Below are positions 40,685-52,133 of a DNA stretch of 64,000 nucleotides, piece after piece. A program made the position numbers and the translations under genes. Each line of letters begins with the position of its first letter. Positions within the stretch are counted from its first letter, which is position 1. This DNA comes from Magallana gigas (taxonomy: Eukaryota). The notes beneath the pieces are model-generated. The model worked only from the letters and a program-made list of their open reading frames with translations, was not told the DNA's origin and did no database searches. Location: assembly GCF_963853765.1 (NCBI RefSeq), contig NC_088860.1:25668001-25732000 (forward strand), written 5' to 3'.

Positions 40685-40743
40685 AACTATTCGAGCTAAC
40701 ATATGAGCTATGAGGTATAAACGGACAAAGATAGGAACTAAAC

Positions 40744-40931
40744 TACTGTATATCCGGCAGTTTTCGCGATGATCTAATTTTACTGAATACGTAGACACTA
40801 TATCCTGCACATTTACTATAAGACACTTCGAAAATCGCAAGAAATGACTCACGCAAAATGAAAAGTGCTACACATTTTCCCCATTTACGAAAATTTTGTG
40901 ACACGCGAAAATAACCCACGAATGTACGGTA
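40744..40931. mobile_element. TA-flanked MITE (Tc1/mariner-like), family Y
   Basis: Ends tactgta / tacggta; homologous to 62826-63038 (shared gctacacattttcc...aaattttgtgac.cgcgaaaa). Confidence 0.7.
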
Positions 40932-41059
40932 TAATATGTTACCGGTTTTTATCATCCGATGAGCATGAAATGGACGGGTCGTTCTGTTGTTAAAAAAAAG
41001 TTTTTCTGTAACATAGAATTCGAATACAGGCATTACAAGTTCCAGGGGAGATAACTTCT

Positions 41060-41534
41060 ATACGGTAATGATATAACTTAAATTATCTCTTCTTTTTTTT
41101 TTGTAGAATATCATACTTTTATACTAAAATGCTTCAAAACGAGCAGTTTAAAAATTCATTACATCTTACCCAATGAAATCATAGTTACTAGATATCATTC
41201 TGTTGAATTTTAGTTCTGACAAGCGAACGTGGTTTTTAATTGAACAAAAGTAAAAACCTTATGGTATGTATAATGTATAATTTCATTTTATTTCTTTTTC
41301 GAATTTGTTTTCCAAGAGCGTAGTGCATTGAGTTAGAGCGTTGATTACAAATCTGTAAGGAATGAGTTCGAATCCCTTTGGGCCTTTCACGTTTTTGACC
41401 TTTCCAAAAAAAATTTAAAATTATGTTTTTGGTCAAATAGTGTATAAACTGGAAATTCTAAAACTGTGAAAATTTTTTGACTATGATGTACTTTTATTCA
41501 CGCCAATATCGACAGGTGTCCCATACCACCTCAA
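41060..41534. mobile_element. Partial DNA transposon containing a tRNA-like segment
   Basis: Right end gtgtcccataccacctcaa; internal A/B-box-like stretch (gagttcgaatccc near 41364) without a full cloverleaf. Left boundary approximate. Confidence 0.5.
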
Positions 41535-41810
41535 TCACTTTTCGAGGACATCGATTTTCGTGGATTAAACAAAATTTCCACTTTAGTTAAAAGCGGACAA
41601 CTTTACCACCAATAACACGATTCGCTATAAAGTTAAATTAGAACTCTTTCGACTATAACACTACAATTGAAGTTTTGTGGATGTGAGAGAGTTTCAGTCG
41701 AATGTATATGTGTGCGTGATCCACTCCAATCAATGTGACAATTCATGATATGTAAAAATGCATCGTCATGGCCATTTTAGACGATATTATATTTTATTAT
41801 ATGATTGATT

Positions 41811-42040
41811 AGAACCATTTTAACAAGACCTTGGACTTTCAATAGGGCGTATTTATCTATTCCTTGCGTCGGTTTCAAGCGAAATATGCATCGATTGCGT
41901 AGTCTTAGCTTAAAACCCAGACAAATCTTGTTGATTTCAAAGAGCCATGGCTGAGTGGTCTTCAATGAAATGGCCAGGCCTATGTCACATTGTTGTTTGA
42001 CACAACTACCCAAAGTCCAAGCTCTTGTTAAAATGAATCT
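41811..42040 (-). mobile_element. MITE family X copy 3
   Basis: Reverse-complement match to copy 1; TIR agaaccattttaacaag. Confidence 0.85.
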
Positions 42041-42542
42041 GATTTCTAGCTCTGATTGGCTCATATCCAACTATATAGAAAAAAATAGAATGTTAATATA
42101 TTCACCTGCACGTGATCTAAGAGGTCAATATAACATTGATTTTCTCTACATTCGACAATAGATCATCCAATGAAATATTGCGTTTATCAATTTGTTCGGT
42201 TATGTCTTCAAACTAAAACATTTAATTTGATATGTCTGTATCAATTCGTCGCTGAATCATATATTAAAACAATTAATACTTCCGCATCCGGCTTGATAAA
42301 TATTGTACTTCTCGGGTAGCTAAATCATCGTATTGACCCCAAAAACAGAAATAATTGTATAATTTTGTATAACAATATAGAGAATACATGTAGTTTATAG
42401 CTAAAAAATCATATCACAAATTTTGAGGAAAATCTGATGGGTAATTTGTTGACCAATCAGATGCCTCCTTAATAATACACGGATCCTGTTTTGGTTTTTA
42501 ATCATTTATTCTGATATTTTTTCACACATTTTTTGTACATAT

Positions 42543-44539
42543 CTAATGCTCAAAATATTGACATGTTCCGAGCTCAAGCTTCAAGGAAAACTTGATACTG
42601 GTTGACCCCGTGCCGTGAAGGTTACAGCCCCTTGGGTTGTTGCACTTGGTTCTGACACCAAACTGAAAAGAAGGGTTCGATACGTAAAAAACTAAATTTA
42701 ACGATGTTTAAGAATTGAACCATTCTAATGCCACTTTAAAGTCTTTTCATATACATAATTATAGCAGATCTTACATTCTTTTATGTCAACTTTTGATTTA
42801 TTCATCGTTAAAAATAATACTGTACACTCACTTCCATAAAACGTCTTTCTCCCTGCGGGCTCACATCAATACAGACAACTCTCTTTTTGTTGGCGTAATC
42901 GTGTGGGTAGTAGGCGTAATGAACGAACTTTTTCTCTGTGCACCAGCGATCCTGGCGGTCTTGTTCACTGAGTCGGGAACATTCAGCCTCGTTCTCAAAC
43001 GCGCAGACTCCGTCTGCTCTATCTCTGCAACCTCTGAACATGATTTCCATCGTATCAAAATCGTGCGGTTTCCAGAAGACGATCTGCGGCTCGTAATCAT
43101 GGACATTGGCCGCCATTATGTAAGTCAAGATCAAGCGACGTGGTTTAACTAAGAAAAAAAAAGAATCAAAACTACTTCAAGTAGACATCGATATTCATCT
43201 AACTGCGCCTTTCGAAAGTTTAGAAAATCTGCATAGATTTGTATTAAAGATTAAACCTATAGGCAATACTAGAAACTAATATATTGGTTGTCTATTAGAG
43301 TAAACTGGCTTACATATCATTACGGGGTTTGTTCTTCCTATGAATACTCCATCTTTTGCGGTCTCAACACTAAAAGCTCCCTGATGAAAATAAAAAAAGA
43401 AAAAGAGACATTTTAACCATTTTAGATTCTATAAAAAAAACCATCATCATTATCTTAATATTTTTTTGTTAAGTCTTACGCTGTGCTCATTTATTGTGTG
43501 TGGTCCGTGCATTCTACTGAAGAAAAAACAAGATGGGTTGTGTCCCAAGCAATCATCTAGCAATGAAAATAAAGCTTTTAACTAGATATAATTATGTAAA
43601 TCAAATAACATGCTAAGGGAATTTGATCAAACTTGTCGGTTCTAAAGTTGCCAAAGATCTTTCCTTTTACTTGCTCGAATATTTTGAATCATTTATTAAG
43701 AGTTAATTATTGGAATATTTCCGTTTTCTGCTTTTCATTGCAGCCAGCTGTCCACGGAGTGTCCAAATTTTATATAAAGCAATAGAATTTACTTTTAGTT
43801 TAATGGACGTAAATTTTCTGTGAATAAAAAGTACATATAATTAAAGTGTAAAATTGTATATGCAGTATCTTGAGGCCTTGTTAAGGGACTTCCATAATTT
43901 TCGCACAGAAATTTTGTTAAAGGCACGTGGTTTGGTTACGTTGTAAAATGTTCACTGTTCATGAATTCGTACCATTAAATTCACAGTGGCGCCCAAAAGA
44001 CCCTCTCTCACACTGACAGTGAGTGAGTCGTGGGTTGTGGGTGTTGAGACACAGGCCTTTCCCACCGCAGAAATCCGGAACCCTGTCACATTCACCTAAA
44101 TGTAAAAGATCCATCATATATCATATCGTTAATGACGTTAATGAGAAAATAAATTTGATTTAAGGGGGCCGGATGGACGTGGCCATATTTTCTACTTTGT
44201 CTACCTCATTGAAATGAAGATCTCTGTCAAAAATATATAAAGGGAAAAATCAGACTTTAAAGCTGAACTACATGGAGGATTTTCTTCACTAAATAAACGT
44301 TTATAGCTTTAAAAAAAATCATATCTAGAAATTAAAGGTAGATCTGACGGTTAATTTGTTGACCGAACAATCTCATTAATTAGTTTCACGAATTGACTCT
44401 CTCTTTAAAAAAAAAAAAAGAATAACATACCGCATGCCTCTCCGTATTCTCGTCTCTGCAAAACTTTTTCAATATCGACAGAGCTTAACTCTGCAAAAGC
44501 TAAATGGAAAAAAGCTAAAACGAAAATAAAATTCCGCAT
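42543..44539 (-). CDS. Paralogue B: secreted EGF + divergent MAM-like protein, 270 aa
   Basis: Exons 44539-44431, 44095-43973 (EGF, 123 nt as in A), 43556-43480, 43380-43314, 43148-42832, 42662-42543; same phases as A; 813 nt open. Shares RLxLxYxM, FDxxEI, YAY, CIDVSP, FGxxxKCNNxxGC and ExGTC with A. Confidence 0.9.
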
Positions 44540-44754
44540 GTTTACGTTGGTCGACCTCTTCTGATAGTATGATAAGTTTATAAAGAGAGTTGAAACAAAA
44601 CTTATATTTTTATCGATTTTATTTAAAAACAAATGCTTTTATCGATGTAAAAGTTTGCGGGGTAATTACTTTAATTTATGAATATTTTTTTTTAATAAAT
44701 ATATTTTTGTATTTACATTAGTAATTAGTATCAATATACGTTGTAATTTAAAAG

Positions 44755-46882
44755 GCGATCCTATTAAGATTACTGTTGATCTGCATTTTAGCAATTATGA
44801 GGTAAATTATTTACATTAGCAATCAAAACTGATAATCAAGCATGTAATTAATAAAAGCACTTACTAAATGTTAGTAGTGATGCCATCGTGTTTTTATACT
44901 CGAATATCATTTCTATAAGAGATGTATAGAAAATTGGATTATATACATAATTAAAAAATATAACAATAAAACATCTGTGCAAAAAAGCACTCAGAAACAT
45001 TTCTTTTTTATATAAATTCTAGTTTGAAGGTACAAAATGTAAGAATTGCGCATGGAATGCTGATCACAAAACGAATTGCGTACTCGGCAATGGCGTACGC
45101 GAAAACTGTATGTAACAGGCAAGCAAGAATGGGGCAAGCAAGAATATGCATGCACTCATCTTTAAGCTTTGCACTTCGCAATAACCAAAAAGGGAACCGA
45201 CCTTAATGAAAAAAGGCAACTTTTTCGCCTTTGTCAAATCAAAGACGAAATTACTTGTAAATAAAATGGTGATTGGTATTTTTTGGAATCAATAGCTAGG
45301 ACATTCAGCTGAAGAGTGCAGCTTAGGCTTAAAGAAATGTCATTCAATGAAAAGAATAATTATATGTGAAGGTTATACAGCCGATTAACTGGTGAATGAT
45401 ACATTTGTTTAATTAATGAAATATTAATTTGAATCGAATTGAAGCCAGAATGAATATCTTTTCAAGATTTCTTATTTTCAACCGGTGACATCAAAAGAGC
45501 TAGAAAAGGACTAATTGGATATTAAAAGGGTTTATTTTTTCTTAATCTGCTGTGCATAAATAAAGATAAATTTTGCAATTGGAATCAAGCTATTAAAAAA
45601 AGAATAAGAATATTGTATTGGGATATACATGTAATTGGTTTAGTAACTACTTGCAGTTGGATAATTTTCCCTCAAAAATGTTCTTTTCACGGCATTAAGG
45701 GTCGTGTGTTCAGTATGTGTACAGTCGTAGCATCATGAGCAGATACAGGAGCCAAGACAGTGCATGTGAGAATGCATTTAATACCAAAAACTTTCTGTTC
45801 AAAATATGTTCACTTAGTAAGCATTCGCAATGTTAAGCATACTAGTATTTCTCTACAATCTCATTCTTCCCATGAGGTGATAAAACCCTTTCAGGGATAA
45901 CAAACTGAAAGTCGTTACATGTATATTACTTCTGGTCATTTCCCCCCATAATTCAATGCAGTGAAACTGCATTACTTACATTGTATTTACGATATGATTA
46001 CTTATTTACTATATGAAGTTTATTACAAGTTCAGTGTTTAAAAAAAAACTTACCGTATTTAGAGCAAACTCGATCTTAACAGCAATAAGTTATTAAAGGA
46101 AATTCAATTTTTTTATATACACGTATATTAAATGTCGTGTTCCTGTATATGCCATGGTGTGTGGAATCTTTTGATATGTCACTTTTAAGCGTGCGTGCCT
46201 AAAATTGAGAAATGTGTATAACGTGCTTGTTAGTTGAGAGTAAAAAAAGATACCTAATAAGGAAGGATCGTATTATTTTAGTAAAATCAAAGTTAATACC
46301 ACTGCACTCAACATATGTTTTACTGATATGAGTTTTATCCTATATCTAATAATTATGCAAACTTGTTTTTAGCCATGCCGTATCAAAATTATACATTTTT
46401 TTACATTTGCATATTAAACAACCCAAAAAGAAAAGAACAAATTATTTCAATAGATATTATAGAATATTGCTATCAACTAGTTGTTCTGAAAAATTAAAGA
46501 CTGAATTTCATTTATAGCAATTTTTATTTTCATCTTTTTTTCTCCGTTTTCTCACTTTTTAAGATTTGAAAACTACGAAAATTGTTAAGTCGTACGTAAA
46601 AAAAATTATCCCCCTTGTGCCGAGCAGTATTTCAACCAATGTAATAAATGTAAATTTTCACGTCATGTAACTATATTCTACCAATCATAATGCACAGGAA
46701 GTGCACAACCCGGAGACTGTAAATTATATCAACTCTTTATAAGGAAGACGGTAAATAATGTGAGCTATGGCAAAAATGGCAACCATTGTGGTTCCTCATC
46801 AGTTACCTTTCCTGTAATATTTTCATCATTCCAAAACACTTGGATATTTTATGATCAGAAAATACCATCAGACCGGAAATAG
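44755..46882 (+). pseudogene. Orphan exon-like segments, possibly a Cys-containing extracellular-domain remnant
   Basis: 44755-44801 (DPIKITVDLHFSNYE) joins in frame to 45023-45107 (FEGTKCKNCAWNADHKTNCVLGNGVREN, donor gtatgt); open segment 46698-46882. No start exon found, and the last two do not join directly. Confidence 0.22.
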
Positions 46883-47931
46883 AAAGCACAAGAGAACTGA
46901 TTTGTTCTTCTGTGCATAAATGACGTAAAAGGCTTAAGCAATTTGATACCTTTTTTGCCAAATATACCGAGTAAAATACTTTAAAATTGATTTGTTTTTG
47001 ACAGCATTTTTTTTTATGTACATGTATACAACATACGAAATTCCCTAGCCTTTTTTATTGAGGATTATTTCTTTCTCTTTATATTGTATTTATTTAGGGT
47101 CGTTGCGTTTTTGGAATGTTTAACTTGTCACTTTGTCAGTTTGTGATTAACGATTTCTAATCCTATGTTTTCAGTTTGTTGTATTTTATGACCTAGTTAT
47201 TGGAAATTACACTTTTTCTCTCAATACTGTCGTATCGAAATCGCCTTATATATATATCATTGCACATCAAATTTACACATTAGATTCAAGTTCAATTCCC
47301 CTTCGACACCCCCACCACCCCCTCCCCAATTTCTTTCCTTGTCCTGACTCTTACAACACGACACAACACAACACACAAAAATTCAACACAAAGTACTTTG
47401 TATTCTCATTTATTGGATTAAGACATCAAGCAACCATAAACACTTTCAATGACTGCACCCGGATGTGGTTTCCTGTATGGTGACCCCCATCAGGGAAATC
47501 TGGGTAATGTCCTGGTAATCGACAGCTTTTGCACACTTCGTAGAGGCACAAATAATTTTGAAAGATATCTGCAAGAAATTGATCAATCTAGTTTTATAAA
47601 CATGTAGGATGGGTTTTTTTTGACATGTACGTATGAAGAAAGGGTAGGGCTGTAGGGAAAATAGGCTTTGCCCCCCCCCCCAATACACCCCGGAATGAAA
47701 ATCTAGATCCACGCCTCAGATATAATTTACATCTATTTCATTGTGTATTTGAAAACCGAATTCTTGACTAAATGAATGATTATATCTAAGTTAAGATGAT
47801 TTAAATTATTCATCATACTTATCCTTCTCAGACAAGAATAGGTAAAATATTTTATTCCGAATGTTTTACAATTAAATCTGTTAGAAAAGTTATTAATTCT
47901 AAAATTATTATGTGTGTATATGTATTTTCTT

Positions 47932-47935
<4 letters not shown>

Positions 47936-47983
<48 letters not shown>
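47936..47983. repeat. (GA)n microsatellite
   Basis: About 24 units, immediately after a paralogue C splice donor on the minus strand. Confidence 0.97.
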
Positions 47984-47989
<6 letters not shown>

Positions 47990-48625
47990 GCAAACTTGGG
48001 GTCTCCGGTTTTGGGCAGCTCTATACAGAACTGATTTGATACGACATGGTTCTTAAACTGGGGTCTTTCCAAAGTTCTCAGGACCTGGGGCTCGGCGTAG
48101 GGACGTTGTAGAATTACTATCACTTTGTCTGCCTGGATTGGTACATATTGTAATGCATTGTAGAACATCACACGGAAGAAAAGATTGTGCTTTTTGTAAC
48201 CTACAAAGGTAAGAAGCTGTAAATGTCATCGCCATTTCACTAATGTAAAATTTATAACTAGCGGAAATCTGTACTGTGTAACGGGAAAATGTTCCCTATT
48301 CATTTTTTTATCCATTTTCTTTCATTCTTAGTTGGCGAACTTAATTTTCTATAAGTGCAACTGTGTACGGGCAAATAAAAAAGGGTGAAGTCTTAAACAT
48401 CCGTGATTTGGCAAATATAACACTAGTAAATATAACTTTAAAAGAAATACCCTGCTAGCACTCACCCCAGTAAATTTCACCCGTTGTCAGTACGGTCTTT
48501 CCTCCTCTTGGTAACTTAGCAATCAACTGGTTCGACGCCACATAATGCTAACCAAAAAAAAAAAATGATTCTAAAATTGAACCATTCAATCACAAAAATA
48601 TGTAATAGAGACATTTAATACATCT

Positions 48626-48682
48626 GCTGGATTTGAACCCGGGTCCCCTGTCTTTCAAAACCAGCACCATACCGATCGAGAT
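48626..48682 (-). repeat. tRNA-derived (SINE-like) fragment
   Basis: B-box GGTTCAAATCC on the minus strand; no complete tRNA stems. Confidence 0.45.
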
Positions 48683-49925
48683 ATTTAGGACGTAACTCAC
48701 AGTTTATATTTCGTAAGAATGCCACATTTCTGACAAGTATTTTTATCAATTGCATTTTCTCGGGCATTTTCGGCAGAGTCCGACTGTTTTACCGAGCTCT
48801 GTCGGAGAGGCCCAAGAAGATGCGAGCGACAGAACAAAGAGATATCAATTGATTGTGTCTGTTTCTTTATAATTACAGTAGTGGTATAAATGGTACAACT
48901 TTACGTGATGGTGTAATAACATCAAACAGTCTTGAATCATGATTCTATTGGATGCAACGTAGTCGGGTTCCAACAAAATAATTTCTTTATTCAATATCAA
49001 TGAATTAAATCAAATGGAAACATTGTCTGTGTTTACAACTTACAGTTTCGTGCAGGATCCATTGTCCCAGGCTTCTTCCACTCTCAAACGATTTGAGAAA
49101 GACACAGGCGTGTGTCTTGCAAGAATGATCTGTAAAAATATTTTTAATCATAGCTTTTAGATACATGTAACTATTCGTTCATGGTGTAAGGTCATGGCAT
49201 GGTCTCTTATGTACTACAAATACTATTAGTTTCATAGCATATTTCATACATGTTATATGTTAAATCATGTTAAATGATACTGGTATATACTGAGAATTTG
49301 ATATTAATATGATAATATATAAAGTGGAATGAAAACATGACCAAATCTAACGCAGGATATAAAAGATTTGACAAAACGACCATGAGTTTAGGTACATGAT
49401 ATCTGCTCTCTGGATCATGAAGCATTTTTAGACTTGATTAAGTCCAAATTTCAACCATTTATAAAATTACAATTTTTTCATAAAAGTACACTCGAAATAT
49501 GAAATCATCAACATAATATAGAGACACATTTTAAAAAGCATTTCATTTTTTCGATGTTTTACATCACAAGACAAAACAAAAAGACAGTGACTTTAGTCTA
49601 AGACTGCAGAATGAAAATTTAATATACTAGTATATAGAAATCATTACCTAGTTTGATGCCGCACACGTGTCCGACATAATTGTGCAGTAGCAGACAGGGC
49701 GGTCTCCGTCCACGTGACAAATCCCACCATACAGGCAGACATTTCCACTACACGGTGCTTCATAAAAGTTCAAATATTATATTTCATTCTGCAAATATTT
49801 TTTATTGTTCGTCTTCCTTATCTGCCCCCACCGTCACCAATTTCTCTTTTTATCATTCATTCAACGCAGTTCTCAACTTAAATCATTTTAGGAAAAATGC
49901 ATATATTTGAGGTCAAAAATGCTCA

Positions 49926-50100
49926 GGGTGTATTCGTTTGGTCGATTGGAGAACTGCAAGAGTAATCCTTATTTTCTCGTTTGCAATATGGAGATATCCG
50001 GTAGATCTACATTGTCTACTTTCCAAATAGCAGGTAGTCAATGGAGATCTGCTGGAGATATTCGGGACCAGTTCTGGAGGTAGCAAACGAATACACCCCT
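49926..50100. mobile_element. ~175-bp MITE, possibly PIF/Harbinger-type
   Basis: TIRs gggtgtattcgtttg / caaacgaatacaccc; tca on both flanks as a possible 3-bp TSD. Confidence 0.75.
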
Positions 50101-50531
50101 CAGACTTGAGGGCTGGTATTGACTTGAGGAAAGTTGCCGTCAGTGGGGCCTGGTCACAATTTGACGTAGATTTTTGTAATGGTTATAAAACAATGTAGAT
50201 GTACATTTGCATAAATATATATTAAATATAGATTTAAATACGAAATTGTAAAATGAAATCGGCATACGATCAAAACGGGGTTTTTTTTTAGTTAGAGACA
50301 GAACGCCCTTTGTTTTAAAGGATAACTCCAATTGTATTGTGTTACTATTTAAAAGAGGCACATCATCTAAAGCTAGAGTGATTTTTGAATTTTGAAAAAT
50401 TTCATCCCGCAATGATATTGTTTGGATTTAAATTCCGGTTTTATTTTTTGGATAAAAATTATCATTTCCAAAGGAATTTTTCTAAGAGTTTATCATAAGG
50501 AAGGGGGTTGTTTTGTTCTTTTATTAAGACT

Positions 50532-51833
50532 AGTAGGGTGATTTCACCATGCATCGGACACCTTTGGATTTTTCCCTTTGTTCACGCATCAAATATCGTC
50601 CAAATATAAATAAAACTTGTTTTAAAAGTTACAGGTTTTCCCCTTGCTTAATTATTGGAGAAAAAATTGTGAAATTGTTAAAAATGTAGAAAATAAAGCA
50701 AATTAATGAAGCGTTGAACTATTTCACCATGGATCGGACAATATTTACCAAGCATCGGACAGCTATAGCAGTGCAGTAGAGATTAAAAATAACAACATTT
50801 TCTGGTTTTAATGCAAAAATACAAATGTTCGGAAATATTAATTTATTCAATTGCTATTCATATTTCTTTTAATGTAAATCCTCAAATCTACATATAGGAA
50901 TTTAGACTGGTGCTTTTGTTTAAAGGAATATTTATCATAAGGGGTTCTTTATCTTGCCAGCTCCTACAGGAACTTTGGACTTAAAAGGGTGTGTCCGTAA
51001 AACTCGATTTTTAAGTGGTTTGAGGAAAATGTTTGTTTCAATTATTTTTTAAATTTTTATTTTACTTCACATTTAGAGTATATCACAAGGAATGGGCACA
51101 TAATCTCCATATTATTAGAAGAAATCATGCAGGGAAAACTGTCCGATGCATGGTTAATTTGCGTCCGATCCATGGTGAAATGAACATATGGTGCAATAAT
51201 GACCTTGACATTAATTGTTCAAATTTCTTGGACTTATTTTAATCAAATTTTGTTTCAAAACTTACTTCTTTCTAATTATGTTACACAGAGAGTGCATTTT
51301 CACTAATTCACAATCAAACGCACAACATTCAAATAATGCTTTAGTGTAAAATCTTCGTAACTAAATTTTCAATAATGGCGTATTTGATGTCATTTTACGA
51401 TGTCTATATTGTTATTTCTTTGACAATGTGACTGTCAAATTCTTAATAATGATAAAGTTCATTTGTTCTAATTCAGGAATATACGAAACAACATATGAGC
51501 GCATGCACATTTAGAACCATTTTAACAAGGCCTTGGACTTTCAGTAGGATGTAACTATCCATTTTTGCGTCAAAACAAGTTAAAATGATGCTGGTTTCAA
51601 GCGAAATGTACACCGATTGTGTAGTCTTCGCTCAACAGCCAGCCAAATCCTGTTGATTTCAAAGAGCCATGACTGAATGGCAAGCAATGAAATAGACAGA
51701 CCTACGTCACATCGCCGATTAACACAACTACCCAAAGTCCAAGCTCTTGTTATAATGGTTTTATTTGTATTTTTTATAAACAAAGTTGTCCGATCCAAGG
51801 TATGTGTCCGATGCATGGTTAAATCACCCTACT
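50532..51833. mobile_element. ~1.3-kb non-autonomous TIR transposon in intron 2 of paralogue C
   Basis: 30-bp TIRs agtagggtgatttcaccatgcatcggacac / gtgtccgatgcatggttaaatcaccctact (one mismatch); related internal motifs near 50725 and 51140; no transposase ORF. Confidence 0.85.
51511..51758 (-). mobile_element. MITE family X copy 4, nested in the 1.3-kb element
   Basis: Matches copy 3; TIR ttagaaccattttaacaag. Confidence 0.85.
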
Positions 51834-52116
51834 GTTTTTAAAAAAAATATACTTACAACAACTTCCGGGGGGCGGAATTTCACTCTGAAATGAAATGTTA
51901 AAAGTAGATTTTTATGTTTTTAAAAACCATTGTGATCAATATAAGAGTTGAAATTGGTCAAAATTTACTTACCCGATCGACCAATTGTTTGTCTTCGTTA
52001 AGGTTGCTTGCAGCTGATACTCCAGCAACGGCTGCGATGAGCAACAGGATTGCACAGTGGATACTCATAATCAAACTGCAGAAGAAGACTAAATGAACTG
52101 TCCGCTACACTTTCTC

Positions 52117-52133
52117 TTTATATAGCCAATCAG
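52117..52133 (-). promoter_or_regulatory. TATA box and adjacent CCAAT motif of paralogue C
   Basis: TATATAAA on the minus strand about 50 nt upstream of the ATG, next to agccaatcag. Confidence 0.6.

Larger units (their letters stand above)
47446..52068 (-). pseudogene. Paralogue C: EGF + divergent MAM-like gene with a frameshift in the EGF exon (pseudogene, null allele or assembly error)
   Basis: Exons 52068-51973, 51884-51857, 49757-49648 (EGF, 110 nt, not a multiple of 3), 49129-49044, 48944-48905, 48200-47989, 47568-47446. Signal MSIHCAILLLIAAVAGVSA. The EGF exon ends in TAG as assembled. Confidence 0.78.

Noticed and set aside
41320-41380. tRNA gene (also 48626-48682)
   Set aside because: Only box-like motifs; no acceptor stem or cloverleaf, and embedded in repeat-like sequence.
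42715-43152. 145-aa plus-strand ORF (likewise 36063-36269, 30103-30288, 60722-61018, 61839-62072)
   Set aside because: Antisense shadows of real coding exons.
43480-43516. Apparent 37-nt poison exon or frameshift in paralogue B
   Set aside because: Using the upstream acceptor at 43557 gives a 77-nt in-frame exon homologous to paralogue A exon 3.
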